Positions 1 through 8,396 of a stretch of 64,000 nt of DNA are shown here, piece after piece. Source of the stretch: Robiginitomaculum sp. (GTDB lineage Bacteria > Pseudomonadota > Alphaproteobacteria > Caulobacterales > Maricaulaceae); NCBI GenBank assembly GCA_002733805.1, contig NVXG01000033.1, positions 3,666-67,665 on the forward strand, written 5' to 3'. The notes beneath the pieces were generated by a model. The model worked only from the letters and a program-made list of their open reading frames with translations. It was not told where the DNA came from and did not search any database. The translations under genes were made by a program, and so were the position numbers. Within the stretch, counting starts at the first letter, position 1, and the number at the start of each line of letters is the position of its first letter.

Positions 1-1862
1 TTGGCTCCGACCGAGACAAAATCAGTCATCGGCAACAGGTCATCCAATTGCCAGACCAAAGCCGGGGTTTCGATCATGCAGCCAATTTCCAGCTCGCTTG
101 GCAAATCTGAATGACCGAAGCGCTGGAGCCGAGCGAACTCTGCTTCGAGAATTTGGCGGGCCTTGGCAAACTCGGCCACGGTTGAAACCAGTGGAAACAT
201 CACCCGTAAGGTCTGACCGGAAGCGGCATGCAGTAACGCGCGCAATTGATACCGAAACATGCCGGGTCGATCGACGGCCATTCGAATGGCTCGCCAGCCC
301 AGTGCCGGATTGGCTTCGCGTTCCTGTGAAACGTAGGGCAAGACTTTGTCGCCGCCCAAATCGAGGGTCCGAAACACCACCGGCTTGTCCCCGGCCGCTT
401 CCAGCACTTTGGAATAAAGTGCGGTCTGGTCGGCCTGTTTGGGTAAGCTGTCCGCCAACATGAACTGAAACTCGGTACGAAACAGCCCGATGCCGTCAGC
501 TCCGGTATCGGCTAGGTGCGGCAGATCAATCAACAGTCCGGCGTTCAGTAAAAGCTCAATGCGTTGTCCGTCAACCGAGATGGCCGGTTGATCGCGTAGG
601 GCAGAAAAGGCAGCACGTTTTTGTTGGCGCACTCGCAGGCGTTCGACGAAACTGCGTTCGGTCTCTGCTGCTGGACGAACCAGAAGTTCGGACAGTTCGC
701 CATCGAGCAGCACGGTATCGCCTTCGTTGATATGGGCCAGAACGCCGGGTAGGGAACCCAATACCGGCAGGCGCATGGCTCCGGCGACAATCGCCGCATG
801 AGACGTGCGGGAGCCTTCTTCGAGGACCAATCCACGCAAGCGACTTCGATCCAGCTCGAGAAGTTCAGCCGGTCCGATATTGCGGGCAATCAAAATAGTA
901 TTTTCCGGCAGGTCACGAGCTCCGGTCACGCCGCCCAGATGACGCAGGAGCCGGTTGGCTAGGTCTTCCAGATCGTGCAATCGTTCTCGTAAATATGGAT
1001 CGCGGGCTTTTAAGAAACGCTGGCGGTATTCACCGCGCACACGCTCCACGGCGGCTTCGGCGGTCAGACCAGAACTGGCGGCGGCGCTGATCCGCTCAAA
1101 CCAACTTTGATCGCGGGCGAACATTCGGTAGGCGTTCATCACCTCGCGGGTTGGCTCGCCAAAGGCATGGCCCTTGCCAACAAACAATCGGTCCAATGTC
1201 TGTTGCAGCTCGTCCAACGCGGATCTAACTCGTTCGATCTCATGCTCAGGATCATCGGTCATGCGCGAATGGCCGACCACGTGCGGCTCGAATTGCACGG
1301 CCTGTCCCATCGCCATGCCATCGACAATGGTCTTGCCATGCAAATGTAACGGACGAAGTGGCCGCACTTCGACCTCGCCCAGATCAGCCGGACTGAGCAA
1401 TTCACCGGAGGCAACAATTTCGGCCAAGACCATGGCCACGTTTTGCAAGGCCTCAATGGCATCGGGGCTGAACAATCGCTCTGGACCGTCTTGAATAACC
1501 AGAACCCCCAGCAAGCGACCCGAACGCAAGACCGGCACGCCTAAAAAGGCCAAAAACCCTTGTTCCTGTGTGGCTGGTTGCAGGGAAAAGCGTGGATCGG
1601 CCAAGGCGTTTTGCACATTCACCGGGCTGCTGGTTCGCACCACTTCGCCAACCAATCCCTCGCCGGGAGCCAAGCGGATATTATGGACCGCATCAGCCGC
1701 CAATCCCTTGGTGGCCCATAATTCCAATTGGTCATCGGCGCGGCGTAAATAGATCGAGCAAACTTGCGTTTGCATATTGCGCGCAATGATCTCGACCAGT
1801 TTATCAAGCCGACTTTGCGACGGATCACTAACCGCTAGAATCTCCCGGATCTGGCGGATCAT
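1..1862 (-). CDS. ptsP: phosphoenolpyruvate-protein phosphotransferase PtsP (EI-Ntr), C-terminus cut by window edge
   Basis: Absent from the ORF track because the frame runs off the left edge. My minus-strand translation from ATG 1862 gives MIRQIREILAVSDPSQSRLDKLVEIIARNMQTQVCSIYL (GAF-like). It continues with EI motifs GSRTSHAAIVAGAM, GIGLFRTEFQF and FRTLDLGGDK. ptsP next to lysC is common alphaproteobacterial synteny. Confidence 0.85.
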   Translation of the reverse strand, partial: MIRQIREILAVSDPSQSRLDKLVEIIARNMQTQVCSIYLRRADDQLELWATKGLAADAVHNIRLAPGEGLVGEVVRTSSPVNVQNALADPRFSLQPATQEQGFLAFLGVPVLRSGRLLGVLVIQDGPERLFSPDAIEALQNVAMVLAEIVASGELLSPADLGEVEVRPLRPLHLHGKTIVDGMAMGQAVQFEPHVVGHSRMTDDPEHEIERVRSALDELQQTLDRLFVGKGHAFGEPTREVMNAYRMFARDQSWFERISAAASSGLTAEAAVERVRGEYRQRFLKARDPYLRERLHDLEDLANRLLRHLGGVTGARDLPENTILIARNIGPAELLELDRSRLRGLVLEEGSRTSHAAIVAGAMRLPVLGSLPGVLAHINEGDTVLLDGELSELLVRPAAETERSFVERLRVRQQKRAAFSALRDQPAISVDGQRIELLLNAGLLIDLPHLADTGADGIGLFRTEFQFMLADSLPKQADQTALYSKVLEAAGDKPVVFRTLDLGGDKVLPYVSQEREANPALGWRAIRMAVDRPGMFRYQLRALLHAASGQTLRVMFPLVSTVAEFAKARQILEAEFARLQRFGHSDLPSELEIGCMIETPALVWQLDDLLPMTDFVSVGA

Positions 1863-1881
1863 GTTCAGGGAACGATTGCGA

Positions 1882-3120
1882 TCACCCATCGGCATTGCGA
1901 TCCAGATCAAACGCAAAGTGTAAGGCACACACCGCCTGTTCGACCAGATTTTCGGTGATCAATGCACTAATCCGTAACTCGGACGTGGCCACCGCATCCA
2001 TGGCAATGCCAGCCTTGGATAATGCCTTAAAGAAGGTATGCGCCATCCCGGCTTGCGAGCGTAACCCCAGGCCGATGATCGAGACCTTGGCCATGATCGG
2101 CGAGACTTCGAGGCGTTGATACATCAAGGTGATGGCTAGGCGGCGCAACACGGCCAAGGCGGCTTCATGGTCGCCCCGGTTGGTGGCAAAGACCAAGTTG
2201 GTCCTATCCCGGTGCAGGGACGGACTTTGCACGATCATATCCACATTGATTTTGGCCTCGGTCATCGCCCCGAATATCTGGGTGATCAGCCCAACTTGGG
2301 ATTGCAGTCCATACAGAGAAATGCGCGATTGATCGCGCGAATAGGTAACCCCGCTGGCCAGATGGGTCTCCAGCCCGGCCATTTGTCGGCCCGGCATGAT
2401 GCGGGTGCCCGGCCCCGGTTCAAAGGTGGACAGCACCCGCAAGGGAACATCTTCGGACAAGGCCAGCTCGACAGAGCGGGTATGCAGTACTTTGGCTCCG
2501 CTCGAGGCCATCTCCAACATTTCTTCTGAGGACAGCACATCAATGCGCTTGGCTTCGGGAACCATGCGTGGATCGGCGGTAAATACGCCGGTCACGTCGG
2601 TATAGATATCGCACCGATCCGCTTTGATTGCCGTGGCCAATGCCACGGCGGATACATCGGAGCCACCACGGCCCAATGTGGTGATCCGGCCCGCTTCGCT
2701 GATCCCCTGAAACCCGGTTAGAACGGCAACATGGCCCTGCTCCAATGAGGCAATCAGGTCTTGCGTTCTGGTTTCGCTCAGGCGTGCCTGTCCGTGATTG
2801 TCATCGGTGATAAATCCAGATTGCCAGCCGGTCCATGATCGAGCTGAATGGCCCAATTGCCGCAAAGCCATGGCCAGCAAACCGGCATTGATCTGCTCAC
2901 CAGAGGACAGAACCAGATCGGCTTCGTCCAAATGGTGAGAATTAGGGTCAAATTCGGCAATGCGCGCCGTTAAATCGTCGGTCATGCCCGCCGGAGCCGA
3001 CACCACCACGGCAACTTGATGTCCGGCCAATACCTCTTCGGCCACCCGGGCCGCGCAAACCCGCAAGGTTTCAGTGTTGGCGGTGGAGGTTCCACCAAAT
3101 TTCATCACAATGCGGGCCAT
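1882..3120 (-). CDS. lysC: aspartate kinase
   Basis: 412-aa ORF with an ATG start. N-terminus MARIVMKFGGTS, kinase core, and C-terminal ACT-like region (ISLYGL...KVSIIGLGLRS). Confidence 0.92.
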   Translation of the reverse strand: MARIVMKFGGTSTANTETLRVCAARVAEEVLAGHQVAVVVSAPAGMTDDLTARIAEFDPNSHHLDEADLVLSSGEQINAGLLAMALRQLGHSARSWTGWQSGFITDDNHGQARLSETRTQDLIASLEQGHVAVLTGFQGISEAGRITTLGRGGSDVSAVALATAIKADRCDIYTDVTGVFTADPRMVPEAKRIDVLSSEEMLEMASSGAKVLHTRSVELALSEDVPLRVLSTFEPGPGTRIMPGRQMAGLETHLASGVTYSRDQSRISLYGLQSQVGLITQIFGAMTEAKINVDMIVQSPSLHRDRTNLVFATNRGDHEAALAVLRRLAITLMYQRLEVSPIMAKVSIIGLGLRSQAGMAHTFFKALSKAGIAMDAVATSELRISALITENLVEQAVCALHFAFDLDRNADG

Positions 3121-3205
3121 ATGCTGACTGTTCCATTGTTGCTTTTGGGGTTACACTGAAACCCAAATCCGTTCGGGGCAGCCCGATCGAGGCAGGAGGT
3201 AGCAC

Positions 3206-3970
3206 ATGGCCGGGCAGAACCCAATGAATTTTGCGGCTGATCCAAGCATTGATCCAACTGAAGTGGCGAAATTCGCTGCGATGGCCGATGAATGGTGGGA
3301 CCCGGAAGGTAAATTTAAGCCGCTGCACCAGTTTAACCCGATCCGTCTTGGCTTTATTCGCCGTCATTTGATGGCCCATTTTGATCTGGATGAACGTTTG
3401 CGCCAGCCCTTGGCCGGTTTGCGTTTGCTGGATATTGGTTGTGGGGGTGGGTTGCTCTCGGTGCCGATGGCCCGTCTAGGGGCCGAGGTAACCGGTGTGG
3501 ATGCGGCTGAGGCCAATATTGGTACGGCCCGGCACCATGCGAGCCAAATCGGTATCGAAGTGGATTTTCGTCATTCCAGTTCCGAAAGCCTACTGGCCGC
3601 TGAGACAAAACCGTTTGATGTCATTTTGAATATGGAAGTGATCGAACACACGGCGGATCGCCAATCGTTTTTGCAATCCTGTACCGATCTTCTCGCGCCG
3701 GGCGGCATGATGATCATTGCCACCTTGAACCGGACCCGCAAAGCACAAGCCTTGGCCATTTTTGCGGCAGAACAGATTTTGCGCTGGTTGCCGCCGGGCA
3801 CCCATGAATATGAAAAACTGGTGCGCCCCGATGAAATCCGCCAGCCGCTGGAGAGCTTTGGTCTGGAGGTAACCGGTCCGTTCGGCGTGGCGTTTAACCC
3901 CCTAACCCGAACCTGGTCCGAAGGCCGCGATGTGGCCATCAATTACATGATGGTGGCGGTTAAGGGGTAG
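3206..3970 (+). CDS. ubiG: bifunctional 3-demethylubiquinol 3-O-methyltransferase UbiG
   Basis: 254 aa. AGGAGG SD lies 6-8 nt upstream of the ATG. Carries WWDPEGKFKPLHQFNPIRL and SAM motif LLDIGCGGGLLS, typical of UbiG. Confidence 0.88.
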   Translation: MAGQNPMNFAADPSIDPTEVAKFAAMADEWWDPEGKFKPLHQFNPIRLGFIRRHLMAHFDLDERLRQPLAGLRLLDIGCGGGLLSVPMARLGAEVTGVDAAEANIGTARHHASQIGIEVDFRHSSSESLLAAETKPFDVILNMEVIEHTADRQSFLQSCTDLLAPGGMMIIATLNRTRKAQALAIFAAEQILRWLPPGTHEYEKLVRPDEIRQPLESFGLEVTGPFGVAFNPLTRTWSEGRDVAINYMMVAVKG

Positions 3971-4010
3971 GTCGTGATTGGGCCGGGCGTACCGAAATGA
4001 CGGAAAAGGA

Positions 4011-4049
4011 CTCCCTCTGCCGTCCGGGAGAGGGTTGGGGTGAGGGGCC
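4011..4049. repeat. short GC-rich REP-like hairpin element (ctccctctgccgtccgggagagggttggggtgaggggc)
   Basis: CCCTCT (4013-4018) pairs perfectly with AGAGGG (4029-4034). It translates to the PLPDGRGSP / GEGWGEG-type peptide seen in spurious ORFs made by intergenic repeats. Confidence 0.55.
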
Positions 4050-4062
4050 GTGTGTTGGCTTT

Positions 4063-4208
4063 GTACCGCTTGCCGATCCTTCGAGGCCGCTTTGCGGCAC
4101 CTCAGGATGAGGGATATTTTGGTGCAACAACTCGATGTTCTGCCAACACCACTCACCTCATCTTGAGGTGCGAACGCTAGTGAGCCTCGAAGGATCGGCA
4201 AGCGGCAC
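4063..4208. repeat. 146-bp nested palindromic (MITE/REP-like) element
   Basis: Outer arms are gtaccgcttgccgatccttcgaggc (4063-4087) and gcctcgaaggatcggcaagcggcac (4184-4208), 24/25 complementary. Inner arms cacctcaggatgagg / cctcatcttgaggtg are 14/15 complementary. The track ORF 3902..4210 is just its translation. Confidence 0.7.
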
Positions 4209-4651
4209 ATTGGGTCTGGACCCCCCCCCTTATCGCTTCCCTCCGGCTTGACCGGAAGGTCCAGTGCTCATTGTCATTTTGTAGTGTCACGCACCGTACG
4301 CACCTGACAGAACAATCACAATAAACCGCCACTGCCCGGACACTCATTGACAACAAACGTACACATAAATCACAGTTGTTGACGCTAGTTGACGCTTAGG
4401 TCTGGGGGACAAACCGCAGGACAGCCCAATGGCTCTCGGCCGGGTATACTGGTCAGGCAATTGGCTGTGTGCCAGCAAAATTGCGGCTCTTTGACAACGT
4501 GAACATAGCTGAATTTCCATATAAAGATCGGTTTTTAGAGTTTTTCCAAAATCTCCGATCTTTGATGAATTACAAATACCGCCGCTTCTTTGGCCTGTAA
4601 TGATCTGGATATCTGCCAGTTTCCGGCCAATGGTTTCTTTTTTAAACCAGC

Positions 4652-5074
4652 CTAATTCAGTTTTTTTGGTTTTCCCGGCGAAAATGGTTCGGGCAGGGGC
4701 CTAGCCGGGATGCCGTCGTCTTTCAGGTCTTTGGCTTGTTCGGGGCTGACTTCGCCATAAATTGGTTTTTGCTGGGTTTCACCATCGTGCATAGCGCGGG
4801 CCTGATCGGCAAATTTGTCGCCGACATAATCATGGGTTTCGCGAATTTTATTGCGGACTTTAGAGGCAAATTCAGCAAAGGCCTGTTCCGGTGATGGGTT
4901 GCTCTTCTTAGCGCCCTGCACGGCGGGTGCCATGATTTGTTTGGTAATGTCGGTGCTATGGCAATACGGGCACTGGATTAATTGGTCCTGTTGCTGGGTT
5001 TTGAAGTCGTCAGAGGATGAGAACCACGCCTCGAACTCATGCTTGTGCCCGCAGGTTAGCGCATAGCGGATCAT
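4652..5074 (-). CDS. DUF1178 family protein
   Basis: 140 aa. MIRYALTCGHKHEFEAWFSSSDDF...CPYCHS zinc-ribbon-like N-terminus is typical of DUF1178. ATGA overlap with the upstream hydrolase stop. Confidence 0.8.
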   Translation of the reverse strand: MIRYALTCGHKHEFEAWFSSSDDFKTQQQDQLIQCPYCHSTDITKQIMAPAVQGAKKSNPSPEQAFAEFASKVRNKIRETHDYVGDKFADQARAMHDGETQQKPIYGEVSPEQAKDLKDDGIPARPLPEPFSPGKPKKLN

Positions 5075-5895
5075 GGTCCGGTGAACCCGATTTTCTGGTC
5101 TAGGACCGGTATCCGGCGACGGGTTTTGGCGACCAGTTCCAGATCAAGTTCGGCCTGTAAAAGACCCGGCTCATCATGGTCCAGTTCAGCCATGACCTTG
5201 CCCCATGGATCAATGATCATCGTGTGGCCCCAAGTGCGCCGTCCGTCCTCGTGTACGCCGCCTTGCGCGGCAGCAATGACAAACGCCGCATTTTCGATGG
5301 CTCGGGCCCGCAGCAGGGTTTTCCAATGGGCCTTTCCGGTCACCCGAGTGAAAGCAGCGGGAACGCTTAAAATTTGCGCGCCAGCTTGCGCCAACGCCCG
5401 GTACAGGGCCGCAAAGCGCAAATCATAGCAGATGGTTAGGCCAATTTTGGCCCCGGCCAGATCGGCCAGCACAGCCCTTTTGCCGGGTTGGATATGATCG
5501 CTCTCTCGCCAGGTTTCAGTGCTGGAAACTGCCACATCAAACAAATGGATTTTGTCATAGCGCGCGACAATTTGTCCCTGTGGATCAATGGCATAGGATC
5601 TGTTGGCTGCTTTATCTGGTGATAATTTGATGGCCAATGAGCCGATAAGAAGCGATATGTTCAGCTCCGCAGCCAGATGTTGAAACTGTTGCAAAATGCG
5701 GGTTTCTGGCTCTGGCTTGATCTCAGCCAGCATTTTGGGCCGATCGGTTTGTAACAAGCCGGTATTTTCCGGTGTGGCAATCAGCGTTGCCCCGGCCTTG
5801 GCTGCCGTTAAAATCAGCTCACGGGCCTGTTCGAAATTGCGATCCGGGTCGGTGCCGGAGCGCATTTGCAACAGGGCGGTGGAGAGCAGGGCCAT
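5071..5895 (-). CDS. carbon-nitrogen hydrolase (nitrilase superfamily) protein
   Basis: 274 aa. Glu-Lys-Cys triad contexts are present: TPENTG, YDKIHLFD, GLTICYDLRF. Confidence 0.85.
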   Translation of the reverse strand: MALLSTALLQMRSGTDPDRNFEQARELILTAAKAGATLIATPENTGLLQTDRPKMLAEIKPEPETRILQQFQHLAAELNISLLIGSLAIKLSPDKAANRSYAIDPQGQIVARYDKIHLFDVAVSSTETWRESDHIQPGKRAVLADLAGAKIGLTICYDLRFAALYRALAQAGAQILSVPAAFTRVTGKAHWKTLLRARAIENAAFVIAAAQGGVHEDGRRTWGHTMIIDPWGKVMAELDHDEPGLLQAELDLELVAKTRRRIPVLDQKIGFTGP

Positions 5896-5899
5896 CGGC

Positions 5900-6160
5900 T
5901 TATCCAGATGTCAGCAGCGGGTCCAGTTTGCCACTCGCGTCCAGCGCCATCAATTCGTCGCAACCGCCCACATGGGTGTCGCCCACGAAAATTTGCGGGA
6001 AGGTGCGGCGCCCACCGGCGCGTTGGATCATTTCCGCTTTGGCTTTGGCGTTGAACCCGGCAGCAATTTCCTTGATCTGGACTTTCTTTTGCCGAAACAG
6101 TTTGAGCGCTCTTGTGCAATACGGGCAAAACGCAGTGGTATAGATCGTTACAGGTTGCAT
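5900..6160 (-). CDS. grxC: glutaredoxin 3
   Basis: 86 aa with active site CPYC, TFPQIFVGDTHVGGCDEL and an ATG start. Confidence 0.92.
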   Translation of the reverse strand: MQPVTIYTTAFCPYCTRALKLFRQKKVQIKEIAAGFNAKAKAEMIQRAGGRRTFPQIFVGDTHVGGCDELMALDASGKLDPLLTSG

Positions 6161-6205
6161 CGGGTGTCTTCCGCCAATTGAGTTGGCCTCTTATGTAGCT
6201 GATCC

Positions 6206-6958
6206 TTAGCGTTTGACAACGCGTGCCAAGGTGATCGCGTCAATTTGTGCAGCCCCCGCCGCCAACAAGCTGGTGGCACAAGCGTCTAGCGTCGCACCAG
6301 AGGTCCGAACATCATCGATCAGGATAATGCGCTGTCCCTTGATAATGTTCACATATTTCTTTGGGACCCTAAACGCACCAGATACATTTCGCGCCCGACC
6401 TTTGCCAGATTTCAGCGCCTGGCTAGGCGTGTTGCGACGACGGACCAACGCCAGTGGTTCATGGGGTAGAGCGCAGTTCCGGGACAGCGCATTGCCCAAC
6501 AGGGCGGACTGGTTAAACTTGCGCTGCATCCGGCGAAACAGGTGCAGCGGCACCGGGATCAAAATTCCGGGTGATCGCAATAGATCGGGCGCGGCTTGTG
6601 CCATCCAATTGGCAAATACCTCGATACTGTCGGCCCGGTCACCATGTTTGAAGCCAAGGATCAGGCGCTTTGACAGTTCCGAATAAACCAGAGCCGAGCG
6701 GGTTCGCGCAACTCTTGGCGGACGGCTCTCGCAGGAAAGGCAAAGGCTTTGTGGGTCCAGGCTTTGCGGCACCGGCGCGCCACAAGCATGACAGATCGCT
6801 CCGGATAGAAATTCCAGCTCGCGCCATTGTTCCGCATTGATTGCCCCGGTACTGCTGACCACACCAAGCCCCAATGGTGACACGGCTGGCAATATCTGTT
6901 GCAAAACACCGTGCCACGCCTGACGCAACGGTGTTAGGCTTTTGCCAAGTCGGTTCAT
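6206..6958 (-). CDS. comF: ComF family / amidophosphoribosyltransferase-like protein
   Basis: 250 aa. N-terminal Cys pairs (CHACGAP, CLSCE) and C-terminal PRTase motif RIILIDDVRTSGATL. Confidence 0.82.
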   Translation of the reverse strand: MNRLGKSLTPLRQAWHGVLQQILPAVSPLGLGVVSSTGAINAEQWRELEFLSGAICHACGAPVPQSLDPQSLCLSCESRPPRVARTRSALVYSELSKRLILGFKHGDRADSIEVFANWMAQAAPDLLRSPGILIPVPLHLFRRMQRKFNQSALLGNALSRNCALPHEPLALVRRRNTPSQALKSGKGRARNVSGAFRVPKKYVNIIKGQRIILIDDVRTSGATLDACATSLLAAGAAQIDAITLARVVKR

Positions 6959-7807
6959 ATGGAAAACCTCACGCCCATGAAATCACCTGCACCTCTGTTT
7001 GACCCGGCCCGGATTGCCCGTAACAAAAAGCGGGCGAAGGCAGGTTTTGCCAACCATGATTTTCTGCACCAGCGCGTTTGGCAAGACCTGCTGGACCGCA
7101 TTGATAGCATAAACCGCGACTTCACCCATGTGCAATTGCAAGGTGAACTGATCCCCGAACTGGACACAGGTCATGGGATTGCTCAGGCGTTGGCGGGCAA
7201 CAAACTGACGCAAGGAACGAAGTTTGCAACGAACCTTGATCTGTTGGTTTCCTTTATGGAACTGCACACCATCAATGATTTGCCGGCTGAGCTGGTTAAG
7301 GCTCGTCAGGCATTGAAGCCGGACGGTGTGTTTCTGGGCGCTTTGTTCGGCGGGGAAACCTTGCTGGAGTTGCGCCGCTGTTTATTAGAGGCCGAAAGCG
7401 AAATTACCGGCGGCGCGGCCCAGCGGATTATTCCAATGCTTGAGGTTCGTACCTTGGGCGCGTTGGTTCAACGGGCCGGGTTTTCCTTGCCGGTGATTGA
7501 TGTGGATACGGTTGTTGTGCGCTACAAATCCCTGCGCAACCTAGTGCAGGACTTGCGATATATGGGTGAGAGAAATCCGCTAAGCGGGCCAATCCGACCT
7601 TTATCCAAAGCCATTTGGGCAAGGGTCGAGGAATTGTACCGGCAAAAATACGCAAATGCGGACGGTTTGCTACCGGCTCGCTTTGAGTGCTTACATATTT
7701 GTGGGTGGGCGCCCCATGACAGCCAGCAAAAGCCGTTGGCACCGGGGTCGGGTCAGATGTTTTTGGGGGATGCCTTACGCCAAGTAAAGAAGCCGGAACC
7801 GACTTAA
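6959..7807 (+). CDS. NDUFAF5/BioC-like methyltransferase family protein (motif I degenerate)
   Basis: 282 aa. LFDPARIARNKKRA...HDFLHQRVWQDLLDRI N-terminus is typical of the alphaproteobacterial methyltransferase found next to comF/grxC. No clean GxGxG motif. The alternative start M7 is at 6977. Confidence 0.68.
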   Translation: MENLTPMKSPAPLFDPARIARNKKRAKAGFANHDFLHQRVWQDLLDRIDSINRDFTHVQLQGELIPELDTGHGIAQALAGNKLTQGTKFATNLDLLVSFMELHTINDLPAELVKARQALKPDGVFLGALFGGETLLELRRCLLEAESEITGGAAQRIIPMLEVRTLGALVQRAGFSLPVIDVDTVVVRYKSLRNLVQDLRYMGERNPLSGPIRPLSKAIWARVEELYRQKYANADGLLPARFECLHICGWAPHDSQQKPLAPGSGQMFLGDALRQVKKPEPT

Positions 7808-7995
7808 CCTGCACCTACGATCGCATCATTGGCCAGCAGCAATTTTTCGGTAGCCACTTCAGAAAAATGGGTAAAAGCCCCAACAATGACCAGAAAGATC
7901 AGGGCCAAAATCAAGCCATATTCAATTGCCGTATGACCACGCTCACAAGCGAGAAATTGCGAAAACATTCGCTGCAATTTTTCACCTTGTTTCAT
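7804..7995 (-). CDS. flp: Flp family type IVb pilin
   Basis: 63 aa with the Flp signature ERG|HTAIEYGLILALIFLVIVG. ATGA overlap with the mutT stop, and its 3' end overlaps the convergent methyltransferase by 4 nt. Alternative start at M10 (7968). Confidence 0.75.
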   Translation of the reverse strand: MKQGEKLQRMFSQFLACERGHTAIEYGLILALIFLVIVGAFTHFSEVATEKLLLANDAIVGAG

Positions 7996-8396
7996 CTGCG
8001 TAATCGGTCCCTGATTTCCGCCGCCAATGGAATGTCCGCTGGTGGCATGTCAAACAAATGAAGCTGATCTGGCTTCACCCATTTTATGGCTTGGCCTTCA
8101 GACGGGTTCACAAACCCATCCCACTGCCTGCATACATAAAGTGGCATTAAAAGGTGAAAATCCGAATAAGAAACTGATGAAAATGCAAACGATTGCAAAC
8201 AGCTTTCGCAAGGTTCGATCGAAAGTTCTTCGCGCAATTCGCGGATCAGAGCGGCTTCTGGTGTTTCATCTGGCTCGACCTTGCCGCCCGGAAATTCCCA
8301 ACATCCCGCGTGATTTTTCCCCTTGGGGCGCTGAGCCAGCAGAACGCGTCCGTCGCGATCCAGCAGGGCGCAGGCAACAACCAGCATAATTTTCAA
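7992..8396 (-). CDS. mutT: Nudix hydrolase, MutT-like (deoxy)nucleoside triphosphate pyrophosphohydrolase
   Basis: Nudix box GCWEFPGGKVEPDETPEAALIRELREEL. The track start 8396 is TTG; an in-frame ATG lies at 8387. Confidence 0.82.
   Translation of the reverse strand: MKIMLVVACALLDRDGRVLLAQRPKGKNHAGCWEFPGGKVEPDETPEAALIRELREELSIEPCESCLQSFAFSSVSYSDFHLLMPLYVCRQWDGFVNPSEGQAIKWVKPDQLHLFDMPPADIPLAAEIRDRLRR

Noticed and set aside
3902-4210. 102-aa minus-strand ORF in the ubiG/DUF1178 spacer
   Set aside because: Its sequence (…PNPLPDGRGSPFPS…, …SLILRCRKAASKDRQ…) is simply the translation of the REP-like hairpin and the nested palindrome. It has no SD and overlaps the ubiG 3' end.
4236-4266. SRP (4.5S) RNA-like CCGGAAGG motif in the long spacer
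   Set aside because: The conserved GGAAGCAGC segment and the symmetric-loop context of SRP domain IV are missing. It is just a local hairpin.
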